Source: Blastocatellia bacterium
GTDB lineage: Bacteria; Acidobacteriota; Blastocatellia; UBA7656
Direction of reading: 5' to 3'
Assembly: GCA_035537555.1 (NCBI GenBank)
Contig: DATLMR010000369.1
Coordinates: 1-54,394 of the forward strand
Length of the DNA: 54,394 bases
Within the stretch, counting starts at the first letter, position 1; every line of letters starts with the position of its first letter. The notes beneath the pieces are model-generated. The model was given only the letters and a program-made list of their open reading frames with translations. It was not told where the DNA came from and did no database searches. This document shows, piece after piece, positions 1-8,629 of this stretch. Made by a program: the position numbers and the translations under genes.

Positions 1-560
1 CGGGCGCGTGGCGTACAGGCCCCGGCCTCGAATCGCAGCTTCTGGTCTTCACCTCGCCGAGCCTGCCGGTTAAAGGGGAAGACCTCTCTATCACGATCTC
101 GCCCCATCGCCTTCCTTCGCACGGGCCTCTGGCCGGAATCAAGCGGACGTCTATGCTCGAGAACCTCCTGGCCTTCGAGGAAGCGCGCTCGCGCGGTTTC
201 AAGGAGGCGGTCATGCTGAATGAGCGAGGCGAGATTGTCTCCGCGACCGCGGGAAATATCTTCTGGATCGAAAGAGACGAAATATTCACGCCTTCAGTCT
301 CGACCGGTTGCATCGCGGGCATAACGCGCGGGCTCGTCTACGACATAGCGAAGCGCCTGCGCATGCACCTGATCGAAGGAGGCTTCCCGATCCAACGACT
401 GCTCGACGCGCGAGAACTATTTCTGACCTCGACCGTGCGCGGGATCGACCCCGTCGCCAGTTTCGATATCAAGCAATACAAGAAGACCGAGTTGAGAATG
501 ACTCGATCCATCGCGCGCGAATTTCAAAAAATAATCTCGGATGTTAGAATCTCTCCGTGA
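1..560 (+). CDS. Fold-type IV PLP aminotransferase (branched-chain aminotransferase / aminodeoxychorismate lyase family), 5' end outside window
   Basis: Frame 3 is open from the window edge into listed ORF 153..560. The translation (..GIKRTSMLENLLAFEEARSRGFKEAVMLNERGEIVSATAGNIFW..LTSTVRGI) looks like the C-terminal half of IlvE/PabC-type enzymes. Confidence 0.75.
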   Translation, partial: GAWRTGPGLESQLLVFTSPSLPVKGEDLSITISPHRLPSHGPLAGIKRTSMLENLLAFEEARSRGFKEAVMLNERGEIVSATAGNIFWIERDEIFTPSVSTGCIAGITRGLVYDIAKRLRMHLIEGGFPIQRLLDARELFLTSTVRGIDPVASFDIKQYKKTELRMTRSIAREFQKIISDVRISP

Positions 561-590
561 AACGGCCCGGTAGCAACTGGAGGTGGCGAC

Positions 591-1001
591 TTGGAGATAA
601 ACAGCCCGGAAGGAATAAGGCAAATCCTGGATGATTCGCGGACGATAGCTGTGATCGGTCTGTCTTCCGATCCTTCCCGCGCCAGCCATAGCGTCTCGGC
701 CTACATGAAGTCGCAAGGCTACAGGATAATCCCGGTGAATCCGAACGAAGAGAGCGTGCTGGGTGAGAGGGCGTATGCCAGCCTGGAAGACGTGCCGGAG
801 AAGGTCGATATCGTAGACATATTTCGCCGCAGCGAAGAGGCGGGGCCGCACGTCGATGAAGCGATTCGCATCGGCGCGCGCGCGGCCTGGTTGCAGGAAG
901 GTGTCATAGACCGCGAGGCGGCCGCGCGCGCCCAGAAGGCCGGCCTGACGGTCGTTATGGACCGGTGCATCTTGAAAGACCACGTGCGGTTGAGGCGATA
1001 A
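591..1001 (+). CDS. CoA-binding domain protein (YccU/YneT-like)
   Basis: 136 aa with TTG start. TIAVIGLSSDPSRASHSVSAYMKSQGYRIIPVNP and DIVDIFRRSE are typical of the small CoA-binding Rossmann family. Confidence 0.75.
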   Translation: MEINSPEGIRQILDDSRTIAVIGLSSDPSRASHSVSAYMKSQGYRIIPVNPNEESVLGERAYASLEDVPEKVDIVDIFRRSEEAGPHVDEAIRIGARAAWLQEGVIDREAAARAQKAGLTVVMDRCILKDHVRLRR

Positions 1002-1050
1002 GCGGCGACCGCCGTCTGCCCGATCGAATATCTTGTTCTCAGGAGGGACG

Positions 1051-1824
1051 ATGAAGACCTGCCCGAAATGCGGCGCCGAAAACCTTCAAACAGCATCTTC
1101 TTGCCGTTTATGCGCGGTCCCGCTTGAGGCGCCCGACAGCCTGCTGGGAATTCGCGCCGACGTGCCCGAGCTTGACGGCCTGCCTCCTACTACTGCGACT
1201 TCCGGCCCCGCACCCGAAGAAGACCTCAAGAGATCGGCCTACACGACGCACACCATATGCCCGGCGTGCCAGACGATAAATGAACAGGACTGGCTATTTT
1301 GCCAGCAATGCGGGCAGGAGCTTCTGCCCAAAAAGAGGGAGCGGCCCGCGCGCTCCGGAAACGTGGAATCTCGCGAAACGATCGAAGGCCTCGACACGAC
1401 GGGCGAAGCGCAATCGATCTCCACCTGCAATTCATGCGGGACGGCGCAGCCCTCCGGCTCGCTATATTGCACGATGTGTGGAGAAGCGATCAGCGGCCTG
1501 GCTCCCATCCCCGAAGAGGCCGGGGCCGCGCGGGCCTCGGGCGTATTCCTCGAACTGATAACGGATGGCCGCGAGGATAGCGAGGTGTATCCCCTTGAAG
1601 ATACTGAACTGATCCTCGGCCGCGTCGAAGGCAACGTGACCTTTTCGCACGACGGCTACATGTCGGGCCGCCACGCCCGCGTGTACGAGAGGGACGGCCG
1701 TTATTATCTTTCGGATGAGAACAGCCGCAACGGGACCTTCATTAGAATCGACCGCGAAATCGAGCTGAAGCCGGGAGACACTTTTCTGATAGGGAAACAG
1801 TTGTTGAGGTTCGGTAAGAAATAG
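1051..1824 (+). CDS. Triple zinc-ribbon plus C-terminal FHA domain protein
   Basis: ATG at 1051 is preceded by AGGAGG (1041..1046). Three CxxC..CxxC ribbons are present (CPKCG..CRLC, CPAC..CQQCG, CNSCG..CTMCG). C-terminal FHA signature: LILGR..SGRHARV..YYLSDENSRNGTFI. Confidence 0.8.
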   Translation: MKTCPKCGAENLQTASSCRLCAVPLEAPDSLLGIRADVPELDGLPPTTATSGPAPEEDLKRSAYTTHTICPACQTINEQDWLFCQQCGQELLPKKRERPARSGNVESRETIEGLDTTGEAQSISTCNSCGTAQPSGSLYCTMCGEAISGLAPIPEEAGAARASGVFLELITDGREDSEVYPLEDTELILGRVEGNVTFSHDGYMSGRHARVYERDGRYYLSDENSRNGTFIRIDREIELKPGDTFLIGKQLLRFGKK

Positions 1825-1877
1825 GCCTCTCTGGCAGCGCGGGCGTCACTTCGATCCCGGCGAGAAGCCCCTGATCG

Positions 1878-2810
1878 TTATTCCAGGCGAGAGACTCTGA
1901 CCGTGAAGGAGACGGTGGTGAGCTTGTCGCCGCGCAGGAACTGGGACCATATCCTGTACATCCCCGGGCGCGGAAAGAGCGCGTCGAAAGTGACTGTCGG
2001 GCCGCCCCTCACCTTTGCGCGGTCCGACGTTTCGGGCACGACCTCCTCCGGATGCGAGTGAACGTAGTCTATTTGATCCTCGCTGAGTATCAGGGTATGA
2101 CCCCACGCGGCCAGGTACGGAGCGAGATCGGTCACCGGTTGCCCCGTCCTCGCGTCGGCAAGGCGGTACCTGAGAGTTGTGGGCCTGCCGGCCGTGATCT
2201 TCTCAGGCTCGATCTTTAGGTCGATCTTCATTCCGCCCTCGACCCTGGTCAGGCTTGTATCGGGGGTCAGGCGCGCGCTTGAGCCAAGGAGGTCGCGCGC
2301 CGGGCCAGAGGTGGAGAGGTTCTGCTGCAAGACCTGGGGGGTCCCTTCGACAGGAAAGAAATCGGAATAGACCTTGTACCTTCCGGGCCTCGGAAGGACC
2401 GTATCGATCGCGAAAGTCCCGTCGGGGTCGAACCGGGGATGTATGTGCTGAAAGCTCTCCATGTCCTGGCTTACTATGAAGAGATGGAAAAGCTCGTCGT
2501 GGAGCGGGGCGAACTGCTTCACGCGCTCGCCGGTCCTGGGGTTATGAATGGAGAACCGGAGATGGACCTTTTCGTTCGGAGCCGGGCGGGCCGGAACCGC
2601 GTCCATTCTCAACTCGAAATCCTCGCCTACGGGAGGCGTCGCGGGAATCAATGTCATCCCGCACCTGGGACACTTGGAAGGCTCCTCGGCCCGAACGTCG
2701 AGGTGCATGGGGCAGACATAGCTTGCCGCCTCCTGCGTCGCCGTTTCATAGCTGAAGACCGGCGCGGTCGCGAAGCAGAGAGCTATGATCCAGAAAAAAA
2801 TTGCTCGCAT
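1878..2810 (-). CDS. Secreted protein with heavy-metal-binding domain (CPMH..CPxCGM motif)
   Basis: N-terminal signal peptide (IFFWIIALCFATAPVFS) followed by YVCPMHLDVRAEEPSKCPRCGMTLIP, the HMBD/YHS-like motif seen at the N-termini of Cu/Ag efflux partners. The rest of the protein is beta-rich and unassigned. Confidence 0.65.
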   Translation of the reverse strand: MRAIFFWIIALCFATAPVFSYETATQEAASYVCPMHLDVRAEEPSKCPRCGMTLIPATPPVGEDFELRMDAVPARPAPNEKVHLRFSIHNPRTGERVKQFAPLHDELFHLFIVSQDMESFQHIHPRFDPDGTFAIDTVLPRPGRYKVYSDFFPVEGTPQVLQQNLSTSGPARDLLGSSARLTPDTSLTRVEGGMKIDLKIEPEKITAGRPTTLRYRLADARTGQPVTDLAPYLAAWGHTLILSEDQIDYVHSHPEEVVPETSDRAKVRGGPTVTFDALFPRPGMYRIWSQFLRGDKLTTVSFTVRVSRLE

Positions 2811-2885
2811 CCCTAAGACCTCAACGAGGATTGTACCCGCGAATAGCTCGCCCTGTCTCGCCTGAAATGTCCCGCCCGAAAGACA

Positions 2886-5660
2886 TCAAAGCCGAAGGGC
2901 GAAAGCGGTTGAGGCGAGGCCGTCCGCTCCGATGACAATGACGGAATTATCTCCCGGCCTGAGACCGAGCGCGCTTATCTTCCCCTTCATCTTGATGGAA
3001 GAGTCGGAGAACGACGTGATTCGCGACGACACGTCCGCTCCATTTATCAGCACGCGAGGATCGTTTCCGAATCTGGCGCCGGAAATCGTAACCTTCTTCG
3101 CCCCGTTGAAGATCGCGGAATTGATCGTCGGCCTCGTGACGTTTACGGTCAGCTCGAAAACGCCTCGGCCATAGGTGGCTGCCTGAATCACCCCTGTCGG
3201 GTGAGAGGCGAAGGCGGATACCACGACCGGAGGGAGCCCGCTGTTGAACAGGGACCAGACCCCTCCGCCCGCGGTCGAGCGGAAAATGCCGATGTCGGTC
3301 CCAATATAGATCGTGTTCGGAGCGATGGGGTGAAACACGAGGGCGTTAACGGGCACGTCCGGGAGGTTGCCCGTTATATTGGTCCACGTGGCTCCGGCGT
3401 CGGATGTCCTGAAGACGTGAGGCGCTCCGTAACCCGAAAATGTCGCGAAGGCGGAAGACTCGTCGTCAGGATCGACCGTTATGCTTGTAATCGAACGGTC
3501 GGGCAGACCCGGCGTGATGTCCGTCCAGGAGACGCCTCCGTCGAGACTTACCATCGCGCGTCCCTGGACCGAGCCGGTGTAGATGACCCGAGTATTCGAG
3601 CGCGCGACGCCGATCGCGCTCAGCACGTCCGCCCCCTGGCTGTTGACGCCTTTGGTCAGGTCCGTGTCGTCGGCCGGCGCGGACCATGTCTCCCCAAGGT
3701 CCGTGCTCGTGAAGAGCCTGTAAGAGCCGAAATAGAGAGTCGGGTCTACCCCGTTGCCTGTGAACGGGGGGTAGAAAGCTATCCGCGCGCCGGTCACGGG
3801 CTCGCCGAATGTGCTGTTGAAAGAGACCTGTTTATCGAAGAAATCACCGTTTTGCAGGAACCTGAAGACGCTCCCTCGCACGAAGGACGGGAACAGGACG
3901 GTGGGATCGAATGGGTTGATTACCGTGCGCCCGCCGTCTCCGGAAAAATACTCTTCCCACGTGTTCGAATTCCCGAAGCGGCGCTGGTTCCCGTTGTCCT
4001 GCGTGCCTCCGTACGTCATGTTCGCCTCTGTCGGATGCATCGTTATGCTCACGAACTGGCTGAGGGTGAGCGAAGAGTTCAACGATTGATAAGTATTACC
4101 TCCGTCGTTCGACTTCGATATCCCTCCGTCATTGCTCACGAACAGAACGTTCGAGTTCGATGGCGCGAAGGTCAAGCTTTGCTGGTCGGGGTGCGTCTTC
4201 GAGACCTCCGGGTTATAGATGAAGAGGTCTTGCGCGTTCCGAAGGAAGTTGGAAGTCAGGTTAGTCCAGCTCTCCCCGCCGTTCGTGCTCTTGTAGATGT
4301 CGCGCGAGCCGAGGTAGAGCTTGTTTGAATCCGAAGGGTCCGAGTGCAGGTAGGTATTGTATCCGAACTGGCTCGCGTCCACGCCCGGCGCCGCGAGGTT
4401 CGTCCACGAGTTCCCGTTATTCGTGCTGACTTCGACTCGAATCTCGAAATTGCCGCCTCTGAACCCGCCCGTGTAAACATAGACCTTCTGAGGGCTGGAC
4501 GAGCTGACGCTCACGCGCACGTCTCGCGTCATTCGGGAGTCGAAGGGGGTCGTGTAAACAGGCGACCATGTCGCGCCCGAGTCCGTGGACTTGTAGAGTC
4601 CCGCGGACATGCCTTCGGGCTGATCGATGCGCGCCATACCGACGAAGATCGTTTGCGGGTTGTTCGGGCTGATCTGGATGTCGCGGGCGAGCCCTTGCAG
4701 CGTGCGCGTCCAGTTTATGCCCCCGTCCGTCGAGTAATAGAATCCGCTCGCGAAGAGACGCCCGTCCGAGAGCCTGGAAAACTGAGCCACGTAAACCTTG
4801 TTAGGGTTGGACGGGTCGATCTCGATATCGGCGATGGCCCCCGGCGAGGGGAGGCTAGAGTTGCTCACGCGGGTCCACGTCCTGCCCGCGTCGATGGATT
4901 TCAGGACCCCGCTGCCGATGTAGACCGACCGTGTATCTCCCATCCCCGCGTATACGACTGAGGGGGAGCTTTTAGAGAAGGCGATGGACCCCACGGCCAG
5001 ATCGACGTGGTTGTCAGAGACGGGAATGAAGCTCGCCCCTCCGTTCGTCGACCGCCATATGCCGCCCGTGGAGCTGCCGATGAGGACTACTTGACCCGAG
5101 GCGGGAGAGACGGCCACCGTGTTGATGCGCCCGCTCGTCTGACCCCAGTTGCTCATAAACGCGGATTGAGTCGGGCTGGGGCCGATCTGCCTCCAGTTGT
5201 CGGTGGCCGCGAGACGGGCCTGAAGCTGCTCCTTTCCTTTCCTGGCGCGCGCTCTTTCAGCTTTATCCGTCAGAGCCCGCTCCCACGCCAGGCGGCGGCC
5301 GTCGGCCGGGAGCGAATCGTAAGGATAAGTGCGCTGAAAGATGAACCACTCGCTCCGCCCGTTAGGGTCGTCTTCGGATTCACCCTCCTCGCCTTCATAA
5401 ATATCGGCGGGGAGCAGGACCGGAGGCGCTTTCTTTCGCGGGGACCGGGCCGATTGCCTTTGCGGCTCGGGGATCTTCGCTTTCTGCTTCAGAGCCGGCG
5501 ATGGGCGCGGCCGCCGCTTCTGATGCGCGGCCACGCCGTCCGGCCCTGTACCCAGGACCCACAGGAAAACGACCAGGGCTGAGCACGCTACCCAGCACGC
5601 CGCGCGCAGGCGATTTACTACGCTCCCGGAGCCTCCGCTCAATTTGATTACATCCCTCAT
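2886..5660 (-). CDS. BNR/Asp-box repeat beta-propeller protein with C-terminal IPT/TIG-like domain
   Basis: 924 aa with an N-terminal signal anchor. About 10 Asp-box motifs (STNGGASF, SIDAGRTW, STDGGINW, STDSGATW, STNNGNSW, STNGGESW, STDLGETW, SLDGGVSW, TSDAGATW). The C-terminal ~85 aa form an Ig-like segment. Confidence 0.8.
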   Translation of the reverse strand: MRDVIKLSGGSGSVVNRLRAACWVACSALVVFLWVLGTGPDGVAAHQKRRPRPSPALKQKAKIPEPQRQSARSPRKKAPPVLLPADIYEGEEGESEDDPNGRSEWFIFQRTYPYDSLPADGRRLAWERALTDKAERARARKGKEQLQARLAATDNWRQIGPSPTQSAFMSNWGQTSGRINTVAVSPASGQVVLIGSSTGGIWRSTNGGASFIPVSDNHVDLAVGSIAFSKSSPSVVYAGMGDTRSVYIGSGVLKSIDAGRTWTRVSNSSLPSPGAIADIEIDPSNPNKVYVAQFSRLSDGRLFASGFYYSTDGGINWTRTLQGLARDIQISPNNPQTIFVGMARIDQPEGMSAGLYKSTDSGATWSPVYTTPFDSRMTRDVRVSVSSSSPQKVYVYTGGFRGGNFEIRVEVSTNNGNSWTNLAAPGVDASQFGYNTYLHSDPSDSNKLYLGSRDIYKSTNGGESWTNLTSNFLRNAQDLFIYNPEVSKTHPDQQSLTFAPSNSNVLFVSNDGGISKSNDGGNTYQSLNSSLTLSQFVSITMHPTEANMTYGGTQDNGNQRRFGNSNTWEEYFSGDGGRTVINPFDPTVLFPSFVRGSVFRFLQNGDFFDKQVSFNSTFGEPVTGARIAFYPPFTGNGVDPTLYFGSYRLFTSTDLGETWSAPADDTDLTKGVNSQGADVLSAIGVARSNTRVIYTGSVQGRAMVSLDGGVSWTDITPGLPDRSITSITVDPDDESSAFATFSGYGAPHVFRTSDAGATWTNITGNLPDVPVNALVFHPIAPNTIYIGTDIGIFRSTAGGGVWSLFNSGLPPVVVSAFASHPTGVIQAATYGRGVFELTVNVTRPTINSAIFNGAKKVTISGARFGNDPRVLINGADVSSRITSFSDSSIKMKGKISALGLRPGDNSVIVIGADGLASTAFALRL

Positions 5661-5711
5661 GAAGACCCCTTGAAGATTTATAGGGTTTATTAAGAGGGCC
5701 GGGCTCGCGAT

Positions 5712-7082
5712 CTATTTCGCGGCTTCGGCCTTTACGGAACCTGGCTCGGTGGACGGCGAAGACGACTCTCGCATCCAGCGCTGCAATTTCTCCATGTCTT
5801 TTGTAACGGTCCTCGATCCTGCGAACAGGACTAACGTAAGCAGGGCTCCAAGGATGGGGATCGCATACATCGCGGAGTGTAATCCCTCGGCGCGAAACGG
5901 CTCGAGTGCCGCGCGCGAGAGATCGGCCGCGCCCGCGGCGATAGCGGCTTGCTGCGTAAAGTAGTCGCTCGCGAGGCCGGTCCCCACAGGCCCGAGCGAC
6001 GCGCCCAGCACGTACATGGCGAAGAAGTAGAGGGCCATCGCCGTGCCGCGCAGAGAGGGCTCGATCACGTCCTGAATAGTCGAATATACGGTCGAATAGT
6101 AGGCATACATCACGGCGACTCCGAGGCCCATGAGAATGCCGAAGGCAAGGATATCTCCTTTCGCCTGATTGAGTGCGAAGTAGTTCAAGGGGACCGATAT
6201 GAGGATCGCAATCGCGCCCACGAGCAGGCGGCCGTTCTTCCTCCTCTTCATCACCGCGTCGCCGAGGAGGCCTCCTATAATCAGCCCGGGTATGCCGGAG
6301 AGCCCGTTGACGAACATGGCCGCGTTTCCGGCCTCCTGTATGGTCGCGCCATGGTAGCGCATGAGAAACGGCGAGAGGAAAGAACCGATGGCATACATGT
6401 TGAAATTATGGAGGGCGCCCGAAGCGATCAGCCACCACATCGTCGGGATGGAGAGGACGAGCTTGTAGGGCGAGCCCGCGCGCTTGAGGTTGCCGATGTC
6501 GTGCACCTCGGTCCCGCCTCGCTTCGGCTCACGGATAGCGAGCGCGGCGAGGGCACAGATCAGGCCCGGGATGCCCGCGACGTAGAAGGCCGAGCGCCAA
6601 CCGTACGAGGCCGCGATCGCGCCGCTCACGTAGTAGCTGAGGGCGATTCCGATGGGGAGCCCCATCATAAAGATCGATAGGGCCTTGGCCCGCTTCGAAG
6701 CGGGGAAGAGGTCTCCGATCAGAGAAGTGGCCGCGGGCGCGCATGCGGCCTCTCCGACTCCGACGCCGAGCCTGAGGGCAAAGAGCTGGAAGAAGTTTCT
6801 TGCGAGACCCGAAGCGGCCGTGAAGAGGCTCCATACGAAGACTCCGGCGGAGAGTATGCTCGTGCGCGTCGTCTTATCGGTCAGCCGCCCGAGGGGAACT
6901 CCGACGGCGGCATAAAGGAGCGTGAAGGCGGTCCCGAGAGCGCCCATGCTCCCGTCACTCAAGCCCCACTCTTTGCGAATCGGCTCGGCAATCGCTCCGA
7001 GGATCTGGCGGTCAAAAAAATTCATCGTGTTTATCGCGAACAGGACAGCCAGCGCATAGTAAATCTTCGATTTGCTTTCCAT
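5712..7082 (-). CDS. MFS transporter (spinster-like subfamily)
   Basis: 456 aa and polytopic. N-terminal FFDRQILGAIAEPIRKEWGLSD and GRLTDK loop motifs are typical of MFS. Confidence 0.85.
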   Translation of the reverse strand: MESKSKIYYALAVLFAINTMNFFDRQILGAIAEPIRKEWGLSDGSMGALGTAFTLLYAAVGVPLGRLTDKTTRTSILSAGVFVWSLFTAASGLARNFFQLFALRLGVGVGEAACAPAATSLIGDLFPASKRAKALSIFMMGLPIGIALSYYVSGAIAASYGWRSAFYVAGIPGLICALAALAIREPKRGGTEVHDIGNLKRAGSPYKLVLSIPTMWWLIASGALHNFNMYAIGSFLSPFLMRYHGATIQEAGNAAMFVNGLSGIPGLIIGGLLGDAVMKRRKNGRLLVGAIAILISVPLNYFALNQAKGDILAFGILMGLGVAVMYAYYSTVYSTIQDVIEPSLRGTAMALYFFAMYVLGASLGPVGTGLASDYFTQQAAIAAGAADLSRAALEPFRAEGLHSAMYAIPILGALLTLVLFAGSRTVTKDMEKLQRWMRESSSPSTEPGSVKAEAAK

Positions 7083-7176
7083 CGGTCCACCTTTTCAGTT
7101 TTGAACGGTTCCCCTGGTCGGAAGGGCCGCGATGCAAAGGGACGGGAGTTCAGGGAGCGCCCCGGTCCCTGATCGA

Positions 7177-7596
7177 TCAATCGAGCTCGAAAACTCTTCC
7201 GCGCTTTTCACCGTCCGCGTTCCGGTGGCAGGTCGAGCATTTCTCACTTTGCGTGGTCACGACCAGAGATCTTATGTGCCTGACCAGGGCATCGATCTCG
7301 TCGTCCGTGAGCGCCCCCGCGTAAAAGGGCATCGGCTCTTTGCCCCACTTGATCCTGTCGAAAAGCCGCCGGCTCTTGACGGACTTATGCCAGTCGAGGC
7401 TCGTGAAGTCCGGCTGCTTTATCATGCGGCCCCGGCCGTCGGCTCCGTGACAGTCGGCGCACTCGCGCTGAAAAATCTTGCCCCCGTCGATCCCGGCGCT
7501 CTTGTCCTGCGGAGAGCCGCCTGAAGCGAGACCGCCCGAGCAGGCCGCCAGACTTGCTATGAATAGAACCGTCGCCAATCCCTTGAATCTTCCCAT
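7177..7596 (-). CDS. c-type cytochrome, probable lipoprotein
   Basis: Lipobox LAAC after the signal peptide. Haem motif CADCH with downstream MP(F) as candidate Met ligand. A second CxxCH (CSTCH) lies near the C-terminus. Confidence 0.75.
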   Translation of the reverse strand: MGRFKGLATVLFIASLAACSGGLASGGSPQDKSAGIDGGKIFQRECADCHGADGRGRMIKQPDFTSLDWHKSVKSRRLFDRIKWGKEPMPFYAGALTDDEIDALVRHIRSLVVTTQSEKCSTCHRNADGEKRGRVFELD

Positions 7597-7609
7597 GACC
7601 GCCGCTCGA

Positions 7610-8398
7610 TTACTTGCCGGTGAAGGTCGGCTTGCGCTTTTCGAGGAATGCCTTGACGCCTTCGATGAAATCGTCCGAGTGAAAGCACGCGCCCTGATTG
7701 ACCGCCTCGAAATCGAGGGAGGAAGCGAGGTCGGTCTTCTGCCCGTAATTCAGCCCCTCCTTGATCTTCGCGAGCGCGATGGGAGCGGCGGCCGCGAGTC
7801 GCTCGGCCATCTGATTCACGTTCCCGTCCAGCTCCTCGACCTGCACGACTCGATTGATGATGCCGAGCGAGAGCGCCTCCCGCGCGCTGATGAGGTCTCC
7901 GGTCGCCATGAGCTCGAACGCTCGGGCGTATCCGACGAGGCGAGGCAGAAAGAAGGTCGAGCCCCCGTCCGGCATCAATCCGATCTTCACGAAGACCTGC
8001 CCGAACTTCGCCTGGTCCGAAGCTATTATGATGTCGCTTGCGAGCGCGTAATTGCACCCCACGCCCACGGCGGGGCCGTGGACGCGGGCGATGATCGGCT
8101 TCGCCAGCGCTCGCATCGCGAGTATCGTCGGGTTGGTCTGCGCCCTTAGTGACGCAGTAACGTGGAAGCTGCGAATGTCGCTCTCGTTGGTGGACTGGAG
8201 ATCGGCCCCCGCGCAAAATGCGTCGCCCGCGCCGGACAGTATGACCACCTTGCTCTCGTCTTCGGCCGATCGCTGGATCGCTTCATACAGCAGCGCGATG
8301 GTATCGTGATCGACCGAATTGCGCCGCTCCGGTCGATTGAAGGTGATTCGCTTGATGCCGTCCTCCAGCGTGACGAGAAGCTTCTCGCTCGATCCCAT
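7610..8398 (-). CDS. Enoyl-CoA hydratase/isomerase (crotonase family)
   Basis: 262 aa. ITFNRPERRNS, GAGDAFCAGADL and ARVHGPAVGVGCNYALASD are classic crotonase oxyanion-hole segments. Confidence 0.85.
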   Translation of the reverse strand: MGSSEKLLVTLEDGIKRITFNRPERRNSVDHDTIALLYEAIQRSAEDESKVVILSGAGDAFCAGADLQSTNESDIRSFHVTASLRAQTNPTILAMRALAKPIIARVHGPAVGVGCNYALASDIIIASDQAKFGQVFVKIGLMPDGGSTFFLPRLVGYARAFELMATGDLISAREALSLGIINRVVQVEELDGNVNQMAERLAAAAPIALAKIKEGLNYGQKTDLASSLDFEAVNQGACFHSDDFIEGVKAFLEKRKPTFTGK

Positions 8399-8629
8399 CG
8401 TGTATTCCTTTCAGAGTTGATTGAGAGAATGCAGGCGGCGCTATTTTCTCTTAAAGCTTTCCGTTTTGCAACAAGGAGACAGGAGCGCGCGCGCGGGGCA
8501 TGGACAAACTTGAAAACATTTCTTAATATCGCAACGCTCACCCGTGGATGGAAACGAGGACACTCAACGGAGCGACGGCCCGCGCTCGCTCGCACGCGCC
8601 GACCGTCGATCTACCAAAGGAGCTGAACC

